Source of the DNA: Eledone cirrhosa
Lineage: Eukaryota
Assembly (NCBI GenBank): GCA_964016885.1
Contig: OZ024751.1
Span: forward strand, 30,504,001-30,568,000
DNA length: 64,000 nucleotides
Direction: 5' to 3'
In this document: in pieces, positions 12,976 through 28,115 of the stretch
How positions within the stretch are numbered: position 1 is the stretch's first letter
Layout of the letters: each line of letters starts with the position of its first letter
Notes under the pieces: model-generated
Seen by the model: the letters and a program-made list of their open reading frames with translations, nothing else
What the model was told of the DNA's origin: nothing
The model's database searches: none
Program-made: the position numbers and the translations under genes

Positions 12976-13854
12976 AATGATAGTTAAATACAAATAGATA
13001 AGAAGCATTTTTTTTTCAATGGAGAGCAGAGCGAAATCGGTGGGTTCAGGTCTTTCCTTTTTTCTCAGCACATCATTACAGATTTCAGGAAAGACAGTGT
13101 GTGGGAGAGAGGGGGAGGGTGAATGAGAGACAGGGAAAGGGAGAGAAAGAAAAGGGGAAGTGTGAGTGAAAGAAGGAAAACCGAAAACATGAAAAAAAAA
13201 AACGTATCATCTCTTTCATATTGGTTTCATATGTCAGTTTTAAAGGTAAAGATTGTCATAATATTTTAGCGAGATTACCAGCAATACAAACATTAACAAC
13301 GACGACAACAACAACAACAACAATATTTCATGTTCAGTCTGTCAACCAGTACAAATGTTCAGTGGCACCAACATTTCCTTTCATCCAGATATTGTTGATG
13401 TTAAAAATATATTCATTCTTTTTTTAGTTTTGTTATATTTTAACTTTTTATTTTATCATTTTAACATTTTATTTTATTTTCCCATTAATTTTATGTTAAG
13501 TTTTGTCATAACATTTCCTTTATTGTTTCATATGATAGAAGTAATTCTTATTTATTTATTTTCATTTTATTATTTTATTTCTGATTTTAAATACGGCAAT
13601 TTTGTCCATTTCGTCTTGTGTCTGGCTAGGTGCGGTTACATCGACACGGCTGAAAATGGGTTGTGGTTTTACATCACAATGTAGACAAATGGTTACATTT
13701 TCGAGGAAGGTATTTAGGGACTCTATTTAAAGATCTCGATATAATGATGCCGTGATATAATAGAACCCATGGTTAATTTAGTAAGACAGAATTTTAGAAC
13801 ATGACAGATTGGTTTCTAATTTAACTTCTAGTAAAAACTGCAAGGATACTCTGT

Positions 13855-14065
13855 TGTATCGGCGTTGTATTCAGGAGCAAAACACTTTAGTACATTCACG
13901 AGAAAATGAGTACCAGCAGTAGGTGAGAAGTTAACCCTGCGATGGACTAGCGTCTTGTGTAGTAGATGGGGAAGTATTGTACACTCAGTCGTCGCTTAAC
14001 GCCGATGAAAAATAAAACCAGGGATAATCACTAGCTTGATAAGCTTGAGGACTTGGGACAGACTG
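13855..14065 (+). mobile_element. SINE family 1, 5'-truncated
   Basis: CCCTGCGATGGACTAGCGTC..CGCTTAACGCC..GACAGACT. Confidence 0.65.
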
Positions 14066-14279
14066 ATACATTTTTTTTAGATTTTATTAACCAGTACTGA
14101 AGTAAAGCTGTGCAATGATTCAGTTTTAGGCAAAGGGTGCCCTTCCCGTAAAATTCTAAAGTCTCTGGGTCAAAATATGCAACACTTTAAATTGATGGCT
14201 TGGGAGAGATTGACTTTTTTTAATAATTTTATTAACCAGCACTGAATTAAAGGTGTGCGATGATTCAGTTTTATGTTAA

Positions 14280-14467
14280 CCCTTTAGCATTTACATTACT
14301 CTATATTTACTATTGTATTTTTCTCGTATTTTTCCTCACATAATTATCTCACATAATATCGAATCTACGAGGATTTTAATGTTATTTATTTTGAGAAAAA
14401 TGCCGGTTTGAACAGAAAGAGGTGAGAGAATTCTGACCGGATATGGCCGGTTTAAATGCTTAAAGGA
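14280..14467. mobile_element. piggyBac-type MITE
   Basis: TTAA-CCCTTTAGCATTTA..TAAATGCTTAAAGG-ATAA; interrupts the second copy of a local duplication. Confidence 0.65.
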
Positions 14468-15048
14468 TAAGGGTGCCCTTTCCATGAAATTCTAAAGTCG
14501 GTGAGTCAAAATCTTCAAATTGTTTATAAAGAGAGGACCAGGTGTGTAAATTACTATTATTTATTTTATTATGTCAGATAGTCATGTAATAAACGTTGAG
14601 TCTGTACCAACACACAGGATTAGATGGTTAGTGTTATCTCATTTCACATACGGTTTACTATTTCAAGCTTCCAATCCTGCCACATATATCACCTTTAGCT
14701 TTTCTCTGTTCAGAGCACATACATTAAATCTTCAAGAAATTTTACATATCACCTGAAATAATTTGACTTGTACCTAGATAAAAGCACCTTTTCTATCAAT
14801 TTTGAAAGGTAGTTCTTCTTCTTCTTCGTCGTCGTCGTCGTCGTCCACTTAATCCTGAGGGTCGTGGGGGCAGAGTCCTCAAACACTCCCTCCGGTGGGT
14901 CATGTCAGAAGCAGCCGTCTCCAATGTAGTTTATTTTGTACAATTGCCTTTAAGTCTGCAGGAATTCTAAATGTCATTATTGATATCGATTACATATGTA
15001 AATGCCTTAATTCTAATCAGTTATACCAAGAACTGGTAGATAATGATT

Positions 15049-15136
<88 letters not shown>

Positions 15137-15256
15137 TGTCTGTGTTTGTGTGTGTATTCTTTACATTCATTGCAATAGTCGCACGCCTACAAAAGCACCA
15201 GGCTTTTTTTAAGGCACGCATTACTTTGTATTAAATGTTTACATATTGAGAGCAAC

Positions 15257-15365
<109 letters not shown>

Positions 15366-15372
15366 GCGCGCG

Positions 15373-15528
<156 letters not shown>

Positions 15529-16306
15529 GACATATACATATATATATATACAGAGAGAGAGGGAGAGAGAGAGAGGCAGGGAGAGAGATGTAGAAAATAT
15601 GAATCATATATATCTATATTAAAGTTGAAGGTTTCTGTCGCCACTACATACATTCTTACTTCTTCGTGACACCCAGACATTCGTTATGTGGTCTGTATAT
15701 ATTAACTGTTTAAGTACATTTATATATATATATATATATATGTGTGTGTATGTATATATATATATTGTGTGTGTGTATGTATATATATATATAGAATATA
15801 TGTGTGTGTGTTTGATTGTGTGTACTTGTGTTGTGCGTCTATGTCTGTGGTTGCGTGTGTGGTTTTCTGTGTTTGTTTGTATGTGTGTCTGTGCGTGGGA
15901 GTGAGGTTGTGTGTGTGGTTGTGATTCCCTAGCTGTGTATGTGTGCGTGTATATGTAAATATATATATGTGTGTGTGGGGGTGTATTCATGAAGAGAACG
16001 TATGGCTCCACGAAGATTACATCCATTTGACGCCATAACAAAACCGAATAAAATTAAACCAGACAGACAGTCAGTCAGTCAGTCAGTCAGTCAGTCAGAC
16101 AGACAGACAGACAGCAATGTATTGAGACTGTGTAGAATCTGATCCAGTTGTCTCTGGGTTGTGTTTTATCTTAATACGAAATATATTGTAGTTTTTACTA
16201 CATAATATCTCGACTATTTCCTCACATGTATTTGTCACTTTCTTACATGAAAGACCTTATGAAATTAAACTTAATTTATGGCTCTCTCCCTTTCTCCCTC
16301 CCTCCA

Positions 16307-16355
<49 letters not shown>

Positions 16356-16526
16356 CTCCATTGTTCTCTGGTGTTTGCTCTCTCTCAATCTCCCCCCCCC
16401 CCCCCCACACACTCTTTCATTCTCTCTCTCTCTCTGATTTAGTATCTCACTCATTCTCTCTTTCTCTGTGTGTGTGGCTGTGTGTGTGTCTTGTTTTGCG
16501 ATGATGAAAATATTTGGTGGTTAGCT

Positions 16527-16597
<71 letters not shown>

Positions 16598-17509
16598 TTT
16601 CTGTGTATGTGTAAGTGTGTGTGTGTTTTATGTTTGACAGTTTCAGGTAAATCTGTCTGGGTCAACGAAGTGTTCACTACAAATCAGATGTTATTGAATT
16701 GACAGTTTGGAGTTAATGAGTTGTGCTGTTTGGAAAGTTTAGAGCCGCCTACCTCCTCACCCCAGCACCCCTCTCCTCAACATCGCCTACATACCCAGCA
16801 CCACTGACACCAACAACACCAACAACACCAACACCACCAACACCACCAACAACACCACAACACCAACACCACAACACCAACACCACCACCAACAACACCG
16901 ACACCACCAACAACACCACAACACCACCAACACCACAACACCACCAACACCAACAACACCACCAATAACACCACCACCAACACCACAACACCAACAACAT
17001 CGGCAACATCAACTCATTGGCACTACATGTTCTCTTAGTCTTATAATTCCTTTCTCATCTTGGCTGCATTATAGCCCCCAGTACGTAGCTGGTATTTTGT
17101 TTATTGTTCCTGGAAGAGGTGACAGTTAAAAGTAACTTTGACGTGATTTCAACTGATGACGTATAGGGCGCTAACTAAATACGCTCCATCGATTTTGTCA
17201 AATCCTTTGCGTTAACTATATAATTTACCTTGAATTACTGGTAAGATAAAGACATTGTTGTACTTTCAGAGGGTTATATTGTCAATCAAAACGCCCTAAA
17301 CATTGATTGTATTATCAATCAATTGGATAATTAAATAATTATTTAATTAACTAAGCCTCAAATTGTCTAATAATAAAACCGTGTTTGTTTTTCACGATGT
17401 GGCCGTCACAAAATATAACAATAACTGTTTAAGCAAATAATGTCACATGCAAAATAAATACAAAAATAAGGATGACAATTGCATTTTTAATATTACATAG
17501 GGGACAGAC

Positions 17510-17756
17510 AAGGGTGGTGAATCGGTAGAACTGGTAGAGCATCGGATAAAATGACATTGTAGTTTTTCTTCTAGTTTTTTTTTTGGGGGGGGGGGGGTTG
17601 TTTATTCTGGGTTCAAATACTGCAAAGGTCAAATTCGTATTTCATCCTTCCGGGCTCGAGAAGATAAAGTACCAGCCATGTACTAGGGTTGATTCGGTCA
17701 ACTCTGTTCTTCCCCAAAAATGTACTGGCCTTATGCCTAAAGTAGAAATGAATATT
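17510..17756 (+). mobile_element. SINE family 2
   Basis: GAATCGGTAGA A-box, GGTTCAAAT B-box, TTTCATCCTTCCGGG..AAAGTACCAG core. Confidence 0.7.
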
Positions 17757-17822
17757 ACACCGGGGACACAAAAACATTAAGGTTTTCGGTAAAATAGAAA
17801 AACTAACTTTTTGAGGTGAAAT

Positions 17823-18224
17823 TCTCTTTTGATCATCTTATGATATCTCTTTTGATCATCTTATGATATCTCTTTTGAATGACCATCTTATGATATCTCT
17901 TTTGAATGACCATCTTATGATATCTCTTTTGAATGACCATCTTATGATATCTCTTTTGAATGACCATCTTATGATATCTCTTTTGAATGACCATCTTATG
18001 ATATCTCTTTTGAATGACCATCTTATGATATCTCTTTTGAATGACCATCTTATGATATCTCTTTTGAATGACCATCTTATGATATCTCTTTTGAATGACC
18101 ATCTTATGATATCTCTTTTGAATGACCATCTTATGATATCTCTTTTGAATGACCATCTTATGATATCTCTTTTGAATGACCATCTTATGATATCTCTTTT
18201 GAATGACCATCTTATGATATCTCT
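17823..18224. repeat. 27-bp minisatellite (13 identical copies preceded by two 23-bp variants)
   Basis: TCTCTTTTGAATGACCATCTTATGATA repeated. Confidence 0.95.
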
Positions 18225-19287
18225 ACAACGGTTGGCGTGGCTGGATTATATTTATTATACGATACGTCTATTTAGAAAATAATAGCCGTTCCTCAATGCC
18301 TCTTTCATTATATTACTGGCTCCAGTCATTGAACTGCGACCGTGTTAGAATACAATACCGGTTTCAAGGATGTTAAACGATTATAGCGAGAGCAATGTTT
18401 TCTCTGGTACTTGTTTTATCGACCTTGGCTAAACAGACATACGTATCTCGGTTGGAACTGTATACCGCAAAATATTTCCACAGTATATGAAAAGTATTAC
18501 GTACGTACGTTTGTATGTATGTATGTATGTATGTATGTGTATTTAGCATGTACGTACGTATGTATATATATATATATACATACATATATATATATAGTAG
18601 AGAGAGAGAGAGAGAGAGAGTACGAATTACATCTGTATTGTACGGGCCAACAAAAATCCTCTACGTGATCGTTCCGGTTGCTAGAAATAGCAGACTTTAT
18701 TCCCTTAAATCTCAAAGAAGAATCTAACATCTTAGACATTTTTGTATAATATTAGTATTAGACAAACGATACTTGAATAATAAACGAGATAGGTTAAAGC
18801 TGAAACAGTTGTCATCAGAGGTCTACATAATTTAGGTTGACCTAGAGCTAAACACCAACAGCAGCAGTAACAACAACAGCAGGAACCACAATACAGCAAC
18901 AATAACGTATATTGCTCGCTGAAATAAGTTCCAATGACATATACAATGTTTGTTACGTGAAAGAATTTCACCTCGATCCCCTTCCTTAAAACACCTAGTC
19001 ATGTGACCACCAACGTCACATATTTCAACGTCAGTTAATTTATCTTATCCTCGACTGCTGGTGTGCGTGTATATATACATATATATGTATAGACAATAAA
19101 TTGTATTTCTGGGCCAGTGTATATATTGTATTTCTATGCAGGTGTGTATATCTTATTTTCTGGAATTGGTTTCAAAGGAAATATATATAACGGAACCACC
19201 ATCATTTCGAATTTTCCTTTTCTTTTTCCTTATATATATATATATATATAATATATGTGTGTGTGTGGATGTATGTACGTATATATA

Positions 19288-19336
<49 letters not shown>

Positions 19337-19348
19337 ATATATATATAT

Positions 19349-19779
19349 GGTGGCTGCCAACTCGTTTTCGAGTACGGCCACTACTTTATATCCATGTAGG
19401 AGAACCCCTACCGATGCGCTGAACGAGTGTGACTTTTTAGTCCAGCCAGCGACTTGAAAACTCTGGTACAAACACTACACTTGTGACAATTATTGACACA
19501 TAGTGCTGGGCCCATGGTACCATGTGATGACAAGTGCAGAGAGATCTCCAGATATAAAGCAATGCCTGTGCTGTGAAGCTTTTATAGTGAGCAAAGGCAC
19601 TGCACAAAGCCAGTCCCACTCTCTTAACCAAGATGATATTTACCAAAAAGAAGAACAAGTCAACATCATTGGATACCATCAGGGTTGCAGGTGTTATATC
19701 AGAGTTTTCCTTCTCTTAGAATTCTGCCTTGACAAAGGCTAAGGGGTCATCTCTCCCAGTGATTTCGGATGGCCATTGA
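19349..19779 (-). mobile_element. 5'-truncated second copy of the 52413-52969 element
   Basis: About 7 substitutions in ~430 bp relative to 52413-52843. Confidence 0.75.
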
Positions 19780-19852
19780 TATGGCCATGTATATATATAT
19801 ACATACATACGTACACACATACAAACATCATTTCAAATTCATTATTTCAAAT

Positions 19853-19946
<94 letters not shown>

Positions 19947-19999
19947 ATATATGTATATATGTATATATATATGTGTGTATATATATATGTATATATATA

Positions 20000-20030
<31 letters not shown>

Positions 20031-20063
20031 CTACATACATATACATATATATATATATATGCA

Positions 20064-20117
<54 letters not shown>

Positions 20118-20124
20118 ACTTTAC

Positions 20125-20359
<235 letters not shown>

Positions 20360-20376
20360 TATATATATATACACAC

Positions 20377-20409
<33 letters not shown>

Positions 20410-20731
20410 TAAAGTACATTTGTGAGTATGCAGGTTGTGTGCATGCATGCATGTATGTATTAAGTATATATATATATATATATATATACATATGTGTGTG
20501 TGTATGTGTATATACATGAGACTTTTATTCATAGTATCCACATTTTCCGGGTACATTCTCCGTTAGCGGGAAGAAGCAGCGGAAGGGAAAGAAACCGAAT
20601 TTCATGTGATTCTCTCCATCTCCTTTCTGACCACACACAGTTGGCAGGTAGAAGGAGAAAGTCAAATGTATGGAACTCATCTCCACCCTCTAACCACCGC
20701 CCCGCTCCGCCACTTTTTTTCCATTTTTGTT

Positions 20732-20769
<38 letters not shown>

Positions 20770-20831
20770 GTCCATACGTATAAATATATATATATATATA
20801 TATATACATACATACATATATATATACATAC

Positions 20832-20886
<55 letters not shown>

Positions 20887-20978
20887 TATACACACATATA
20901 TATATATAAATATATACATATATATACGTATATACATACATATATATATATGTATATGTGCTTCCCCTATCTATTTTG

Positions 20979-21023
<45 letters not shown>

Positions 21024-21547
21024 TTTAATAATTTAACGGTTTTATTGTATCTTATTTTATTTTAATTTTATCTTATTTTTCCCCTTGTTTGTCTGTGTCT
21101 CTATGAGTGTGTGTCTGTGTCAATGTGTTTATGTGTGTGAAACTGTGTGTGTGGATGTGTCAGTGTGTGTGTGTGCGCCCATATGTCTATGTGTGTGTGT
21201 GGCGGGGGGGTATGTGTCAGTATATGTATGTGTGCGTGTGATGTTATAAACATCCGTGATAAGTCTGGTAGTAAAAGAACTACCAGAACAAGATTCTGTG
21301 ATGTGCCAACCGAGTTGATAAATGGTTGCAAAGTCGACATCTGTTGATTGCAGATTTATATACACACACTTATTATATACATAGCTAATTTTTACAGATT
21401 AACAGCAGACAATGGTGTTGTATAGCAATTGTATATATACCGCCACGCCACCTTGTGGTGACAGACGAAATAAATAGATTAATATCACACGACTTTATGT
21501 TTATATTTCCAACATGAATTAACACTTCATGGTGCTATTTCAAAAAC

Positions 21548-22080
21548 CTCTCTCTCTCTCGCTCTCTCTTTCTCGCTCTCTCTGTCTATCTCTCTCGCTC
21601 GCTCTCTCTCGCTCTCTCTTTCTCGCTCTCTCTCTCTCGCTCTCTCGCTCTCTCTCTTTCTCTATCTATTTCTATCTATCTGTCTATCTCTATCTCTCCC
21701 TCTCTATCTCTCACTCTCTCTATCTATCTATCTCTTTCTCTTTCTCTCTCTCTCTCACTCTTTCTCTCTCTCTCTCACTCTTTCTCTCTCTCTCTCTCTC
21801 TCCTATTTTATTTTTATTTTTATTTTTATTTTTATTTTTATTTTTATTTTTATTTTTATTTTTATTTTTATTTTTATTTTTATTTTACTATTTTTTTATT
21901 TTTCGTTTTTATTTTATTCAGTTTTATTTTTATTTTTATTTATTTTATTCTATTTTATTCTATTTATATTTTTATTTTATTTATATTTTAATTTTATTAT
22001 TTTTAATTTTATTATTTTTTAAATTATATTATTTTTTTAATTTAATTTAATTTTTTGTTTTTATTTATCTCATTTTTTTT
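21548..22080. repeat. (CT)n followed by (TTTTTA)n low-complexity tract
   Basis: Directly visible simple repeats. Confidence 0.9.
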
Positions 22081-22346
22081 TTTGGGGGGGGGGGGGGGAG
22101 GGGTACCAGAATAAAGAAACTTTTTTGACATTCGAATACGACAATTACATACTTACAAACACTTATGATCTTTTTTCCCTGTCCCCTCCTCTCTCTTCAA
22201 CCCCCTGCTCCCCCATCATACTCTCTCTCTCTCTCTTCAACCGCCAACCAAACTTTCTTTTACAATTTCTGCGTGTGTGAGTATGTACAAGTATACACAC
22301 ATTGCCCACACACATACACACACTCATAAACATACATCTGTCTCCG

Positions 22347-22410
<64 letters not shown>

Positions 22411-22597
22411 TGAGTGCACACGCGTACACATACAAATATATATATATATATATACATTCAGACATACAAATATATATATATATATATGTATGTATGATTG
22501 TATGTATATATATATGGATGTATATATGTATATATGCATATATATAAGCTTGTGTGTATGTATAATACATTCATATACACACACATACACACACATA

Positions 22598-22651
<54 letters not shown>

Positions 22652-23786
22652 TATATGTGTATGTGTGTAACGTGTGGTGTGTGGTGTGTTTACAGTTTAC
22701 AGATCTCGTATTGTAATCGGCGTTTAAGTAGTACAGTACAAGTATATATGTGTGTATATATACAGTACAAGTCTATATGTGTGTATATACAGTACAAGTA
22801 TATATGTGTGTATATACAGTACAAGTATATATGTGTGTATATAGATCGTTAGATGTGTATAGAAACTTAATAACTCCAATGTTACGCAAGATAATCCTTA
22901 AAGGCGCCACAACTAATTATGACAGTAAATGTTGAGGCAGGCAAAGAAAGTTTACAGCAAATCTTACGATGAAATCGAAGGATAAGAGAGAGAAAAGTGT
23001 TATGTTATTACTGAAATGTGGGAGGTATTCCTGGGACCAACACCATTTTAGGTTACTGTTTGGGAGGCTTTGAATTCTTGCTCATGCTGTTTATGTTGAC
23101 ATTGGTGGTAGAGATAGTGACGGCGGTTGTGGTGGTGGTAGCGATGGTGTCGTTGTTGTTGTTGTTGGTGGTGGTGGTGGTGGTAGTGGTGGTAGTGATG
23201 GTTGGGGGTTGATTGTGGTGTTGGGGTGTGATTGTGGTGGTAGTGGTGGTGGTATAGATAGTGACGGCGGTGGTGGTGGTGTTGGTGGTGGTGGGGGGTT
23301 GATTGTGGTGGTGGTGGTGGTGGGTGGTGGTCGGGGATTGTGGCGGTAGTGGTGGTAGAAGTAGAGGTGATGCTAGTGGTGGTAGTAGAAGAGATGCTGG
23401 TGGTTGTTGTTGTGGCGGTGGTGGTTGTATTGCTGGTATTAGTTGTTTGTGGAGGTGGAGGTAGCGTTTGTGATGTTGGCAGTTTGTGATGTGGTGATGA
23501 TGGTGATAATTGTAGCGGTTGTAGAGGTGGTGGTGGTAGTGGCGGTTTGTGGCGGTTTGTGGCGGTTTGTAGTTGTAGATGTATGTAGATGGTTTCTGGT
23601 AACTATGTTACTAGTTGTTATTGTTGTTGTTTAGTTCCACACCAGTTACTGATCGAGCAGACCTATAATGGTTTGTAATTTAGGCACAGGACAAGTAAAT
23701 TTTGGGTGAAGGGCAAAATCGATTATATCGACCCTAATATTCAGCTGGTACCTTATCTATCGGCCCCAGAACGGTGAAAGGAAAGT

Positions 23787-23947
23787 TCATCAGACAAGAC
23801 TCTTTTCTGATCCTTCCTCGTGTGAGTGCGCAGGTGAATCACCAGAGTAAACAAGACTCACTATTTAGCCATAATAATAAATATCTAAACTTTACTCCAG
23901 TATTTAGTACTCATTTGCACCTATATTACACGGATGTATATACAGTA
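23787..23947 (+). mobile_element. Decayed family B copy
   Basis: TCATCAGACAAGACTC (inverted stem I plus core) then CCAGAGTAAACAAGACTCACTATTTAGCC tail ending in TA. Confidence 0.55.
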
Positions 23948-25890
23948 TATATATATATAATGTATATATATATATATATATATAGTGAAAAATGGAACGG
24001 GAACAAAACAGAGGCATTACGAACAAAGGTATATTAGTTTCACGCTCTTGAGAGTGTGTGTGTGTGGGGGGGGGGGGGCTATATATATGGAGGTGAGCAA
24101 CAAGTCCTGTGTGTTATAGAAATAGCAGCCAAAAATCGTTTATAAAACATGCCACTGTTTTAAGTATGTAGATGTGTATTAATTAACCAATGACAGTATA
24201 TATTAGAAAATCTACGATTAATTTAGTGCATATATAACCAGAGTTATAAAGAAATGCTAGTATAACTAGTTATAATGACCAGCATTTCAGTTCATTTCTA
24301 GTTCTTATTTAATATAGTATTACTAGTTTCGGTTGGTATGTCATATTCTGTGGCCAGTTAGAACATATGTGAATTACTATCAAAATTTCTTCTCATATAT
24401 ATTTTATTTATGAAGGTGAAGGTGGAAGTGGGGTTCAACAGGTTAGGATTCAATTAATTTACTAGAAAAAAATGAAGTGGTTCAAGTAAAACGTGAAGGG
24501 AGGGGGGGGGGGCTTTTTTATAGGAATACGAAAATTTACTAAGTATGAATTTGAAAAATTAGGCTGCTTTCTATATGAAAATAAATGTTATATAAACATT
24601 GCCCATAAGAAGATGACTAATGTATCGTTTTGGGGTTCATTTGTTTGTACTTTATAAAAAACGCGGACATACATAGACAAGAACGCTTTATATAGATAAA
24701 CTAACTTTGTGTAAATTCCTCGTCTTTCCTTCTAAAAGTACATAGACTAAATTCCTCTCTCTCATTCCTCCATTTATTTTTAATACATTCTTTCTTTTTG
24801 TTGTAGAAAACGATTGTTTTATCGACCTTTAACGAAGTTGATCGTTCTTCTCTATAAATTCTTCATTTCCCTATTTCTATTCGTTCATCCCTTCCATAGT
24901 TTCGGTAAACCGTAAGATTCCTTCTTTTTGCATAACAACAAAATTCTTTGTAAATTAACTCGTACTGAGAACTTTCAAACAACATACATACATCCAGATA
25001 TAATTCCTGTTATTTTACCGTTGTTGTTGCTATTGTTGATGTTTTCATTTTGCTTGTTGTTTATTCTGTTATACTGTTTGTTATTCGTATATTATTTTTT
25101 ATTCTCTGGTTGTTTTGATTTTGTTCCTCTCTTCTGAGTCTGAAGCTGTCAGTCTCGTGGCAATTATTAAAATGTTTATCTTCTACTACGATTATACATC
25201 ATAGCAGAAAAGAAAGCAAATTCCTGTTCTTTTCGTCTTAAAGTAAACACAACTCATCGGAAGATAGCTATGATATGTAGGTAAATGGAGAGGTGATAAA
25301 TATGAAGCCACACAGGGAATTAAATAGATTTATGAACGAGGAAAATAAAACAAGAAATAGACAGAAGTAACTACTCTTAGTTACTTAATCTAACTTAGAG
25401 GAAAGGGGAAAAAATAAAATAAAAAGAACAAAACAAAATGAAACAATTCTATATCTCGGCCTCCTCATCTCATTTCTAAAGAAGAGTACTAACTATGATT
25501 TGTCCCGACAGAAAAAGCAAAAATACTCTTAAATTATTTTGCCCCTGAAATATCTGAGGGAGTAAAAAGACAACCAATACTATGACCCTAGTGATATATC
25601 ACAATTAAAAATCCATTCCACGTCATTCTCCGAAGAAACACATCAAAACGATCTTTCGCAACATTCCTGGCGTAGGAACGAAAAAAACTTCTTTCAAACG
25701 TAAACGATAACTAAAAGAGCTTTCAGTGACTTCATAAAAGCCAACTACTTAGATATTAGCTTACCATAACACATAACACGCGAACACACGCACACGCGAT
25801 CACATACATACATACACACATACACACATACATACATACATACATACATACATACATACATACATACATACATACATACATACATACATA

Positions 25891-26190
25891 CAACGTTCTA
25901 AGAAAAGAGAAGGAGGACATCTAGAGGCCATTGACGAGGAGTTTGCAGATCCAGTATCCAAGATACACTTTCAGCTTCATACCCATCATTATTGGAGCTA
26001 CAGGTTATATACCAGCCCGCTTGGACCAAAGTTCAGAACTTGGATTTATGGACAAAGAGCAATATCTGGCACCTTCAAAATTTGCAAAACATTCTTGCGA
26101 TTCAAGGGATGACGATTTCTTTTCTTTTACAACCTTGCCACCAGGAAGGTGGTTGGTCAAAAATGTGCTCGAAATTAAGAGAAAGAGAGA
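25891..26190 (+). mobile_element. 3' end of a restriction-like-endonuclease (R4/Dong/NeSL-type) non-LTR retrotransposon in (TACA)n
   Basis: KEKEDI*RPLTRSLQIQYPRYTFSFIPIIIGATGYIP..ELGF..ISGTFKICKTFL matches the REL-domain tail pattern; (TACA)n on both sides. Confidence 0.7.
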
Positions 26191-26682
26191 CATACATACA
26201 TACATACATACATACATACATACATACATACATACATACATACATACATACATACATACATACATACATACATACATACATACATACGGAACAGTAATAT
26301 GTAAAACATTCCAAATATTTTGCATCTAATAACTGCATATACACATGTACAGATACAAAGCATATACACATGTACAGATACAAAGCATATACACATGCAC
26401 ACATACAACTCAAAACATACACATCCACACATACAATAACATCCATATATACACATTCAGACATACATATCTACCTAGTTGATGTTGTGTAAATTCCAAT
26501 GAGAGAGTCTTGTGTCTATGTTACAAACCGACTCTCTCTCTCTCTATTGGGAAAGAATTTGTGAAAAAATGTGTGAAATTATAAAACCAGAAGAACATAC
26601 ACATACATACATACATACATACATACATACATACATACATAGTGACCGTTAACTTGTAAGACAAATAAGACCATCACTGACA

Positions 26683-26871
26683 AATAATTGTTTCTACTTT
26701 TTGGCACAAGGCCAGCAATTATCCCAGTACATTACTGGTACTTTATGTTATCGACCCCGTAAGGATGAAAGGCAAAGTTAACCTCGGCGGGAATTGAACT
26801 CAGATCGTAAAGGGACGTAACTATGCTGGAAAGCATAATCCTACCCTCTACCGACACTGCCAGTTCACCGC
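26683..26871 (-). mobile_element. SINE family 2
   Basis: Near-identical to the 12205-12395 and 38387-38572 copies. Confidence 0.8.
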
Positions 26872-26929
26872 GACAAATAATATATTTCTATTGGTGGCTA
26901 TGAGCAAGGGACTTCCATGCAAGGGACTT

Positions 26930-27760
26930 CCATGTTTTCTTGCATGAAATGCATTGGGATTCATTCTTTCTATCATTCGGCTTTCACTCTGATCCAGATC
27001 ACGATTATGTACTTTTGAATTCTCCTCCACATGTACCATATGTCAAATTGGATGCAAGGAGTTGGCTGCATTCCACCTGTGGCATTTCTACTTGCTTACC
27101 TAGGTGACTGATAAAGCCAGCTTTTGGTAGGCACATTCGGTCACATGACCTGTGGCATTTCTACTTGCTTACCTAGGTGACTGATAAAGCCAGCTTTTGG
27201 TAGGCACATTCGGTCACATGACCTGTGGCATTTCTACTTGCTTACCTAGGTGACTGATAAAGCCAGCTTTTGGTAGGCACATTCGGTCACATGACCTGTG
27301 GCATTTCTACTTGCTTACCTAGGTGACTGATAAAGCCAGCTTTTGGTAGGCACATTCGGTCACATGACCTGTGGCATTTCTACTTGCTTACCTAGGTGAC
27401 TGATAAAGCCAGCTTTTGGTAGGCACATTCGGTCACATGACCTGTGGCATTTCTACTTGCTTACCTAGGTGACTGATAAAGCCAGCTTTTGGTAGGCACA
27501 TTCGGTCACATGACCTGTGGCATTTCTGCGTGCTTACCTAGGTGACTGATAAAGCCAGCTTTTGGTAGGCACATTCGGTCACATGACCTGTGGCATTTCT
27601 GCGTGCTTACATAGGTGACCTGTAAAACCAGATGTTGATGTATAGAGGTCTCTACATGTTGGTCTTTCTTAGCTGTGCGCTTAATGGTAACCCATTCCGA
27701 AGCAGATAACTGAAAAAGTTTTACACCATTAGATATAACGGTGCCTTTACACAACCAAAT
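26930..27760 (-). mobile_element. RTE-like LINE 3' remnant with an internal tandem array
   Basis: ISNGVKLF..KRTAKK..CHRSCDRMCLPKAGFISHLGKH resembles the C-terminal C2H2-like motif of RTE ORFs. Confidence 0.6.
27075..27619. repeat. 73-bp tandem repeat, 7 full copies plus a partial
   Basis: ACCTGTGGCATTTCTACTTGCTTACCTAGGTGACTGATAAAGCCAGCTTTTGGTAGGCACATTCGGTCACATG at 27075, 27148 ... 27586. Confidence 0.95.
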
Positions 27761-28084
27761 TATTAAGTACGTTTATTAACTGTGGTCACCTCCCGACACT
27801 TTTACTCCTCTCACCATCAGTGTACAGAGAACGTTACATCAGAAACCGTTACAGTCTGGGTAAGATGCAAATTCTCTTCCCTTTAGTATTGTTAGTTGTT
27901 GTTGTTATCTATTATAATTGCCATACAAGCGGTCAAAGTTCTTTTCGTGGCGTTTCGCCTCTAATATCGTAATTGGGTCCAGTCTGATGCCAAGAATATA
28001 TTTCTTGTACAGGAACTACCGAAAGTTTTTTCAACTAATGCTGCCTAAGTGCAAATACAAATCCAATGTACTATATATATATAT

Positions 28085-28115
<31 letters not shown>

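Noticed and set aside
16630-16652. TTGACAG-TTTCAG-GTAAAT as a second microexon or recursive site
   Set aside because: Weak pyrimidine tract (TG repeat) and suboptimal donor.
17823-18224. Regular 27-bp array as a possible CRISPR or repeat protein
   Set aside because: No spacers, eukaryotic context and no cas genes; a plain minisatellite.
27075-27619. CTGATAA in the 73-bp repeat as a hammerhead core
   Set aside because: No GAAA, stem III or UH in register.
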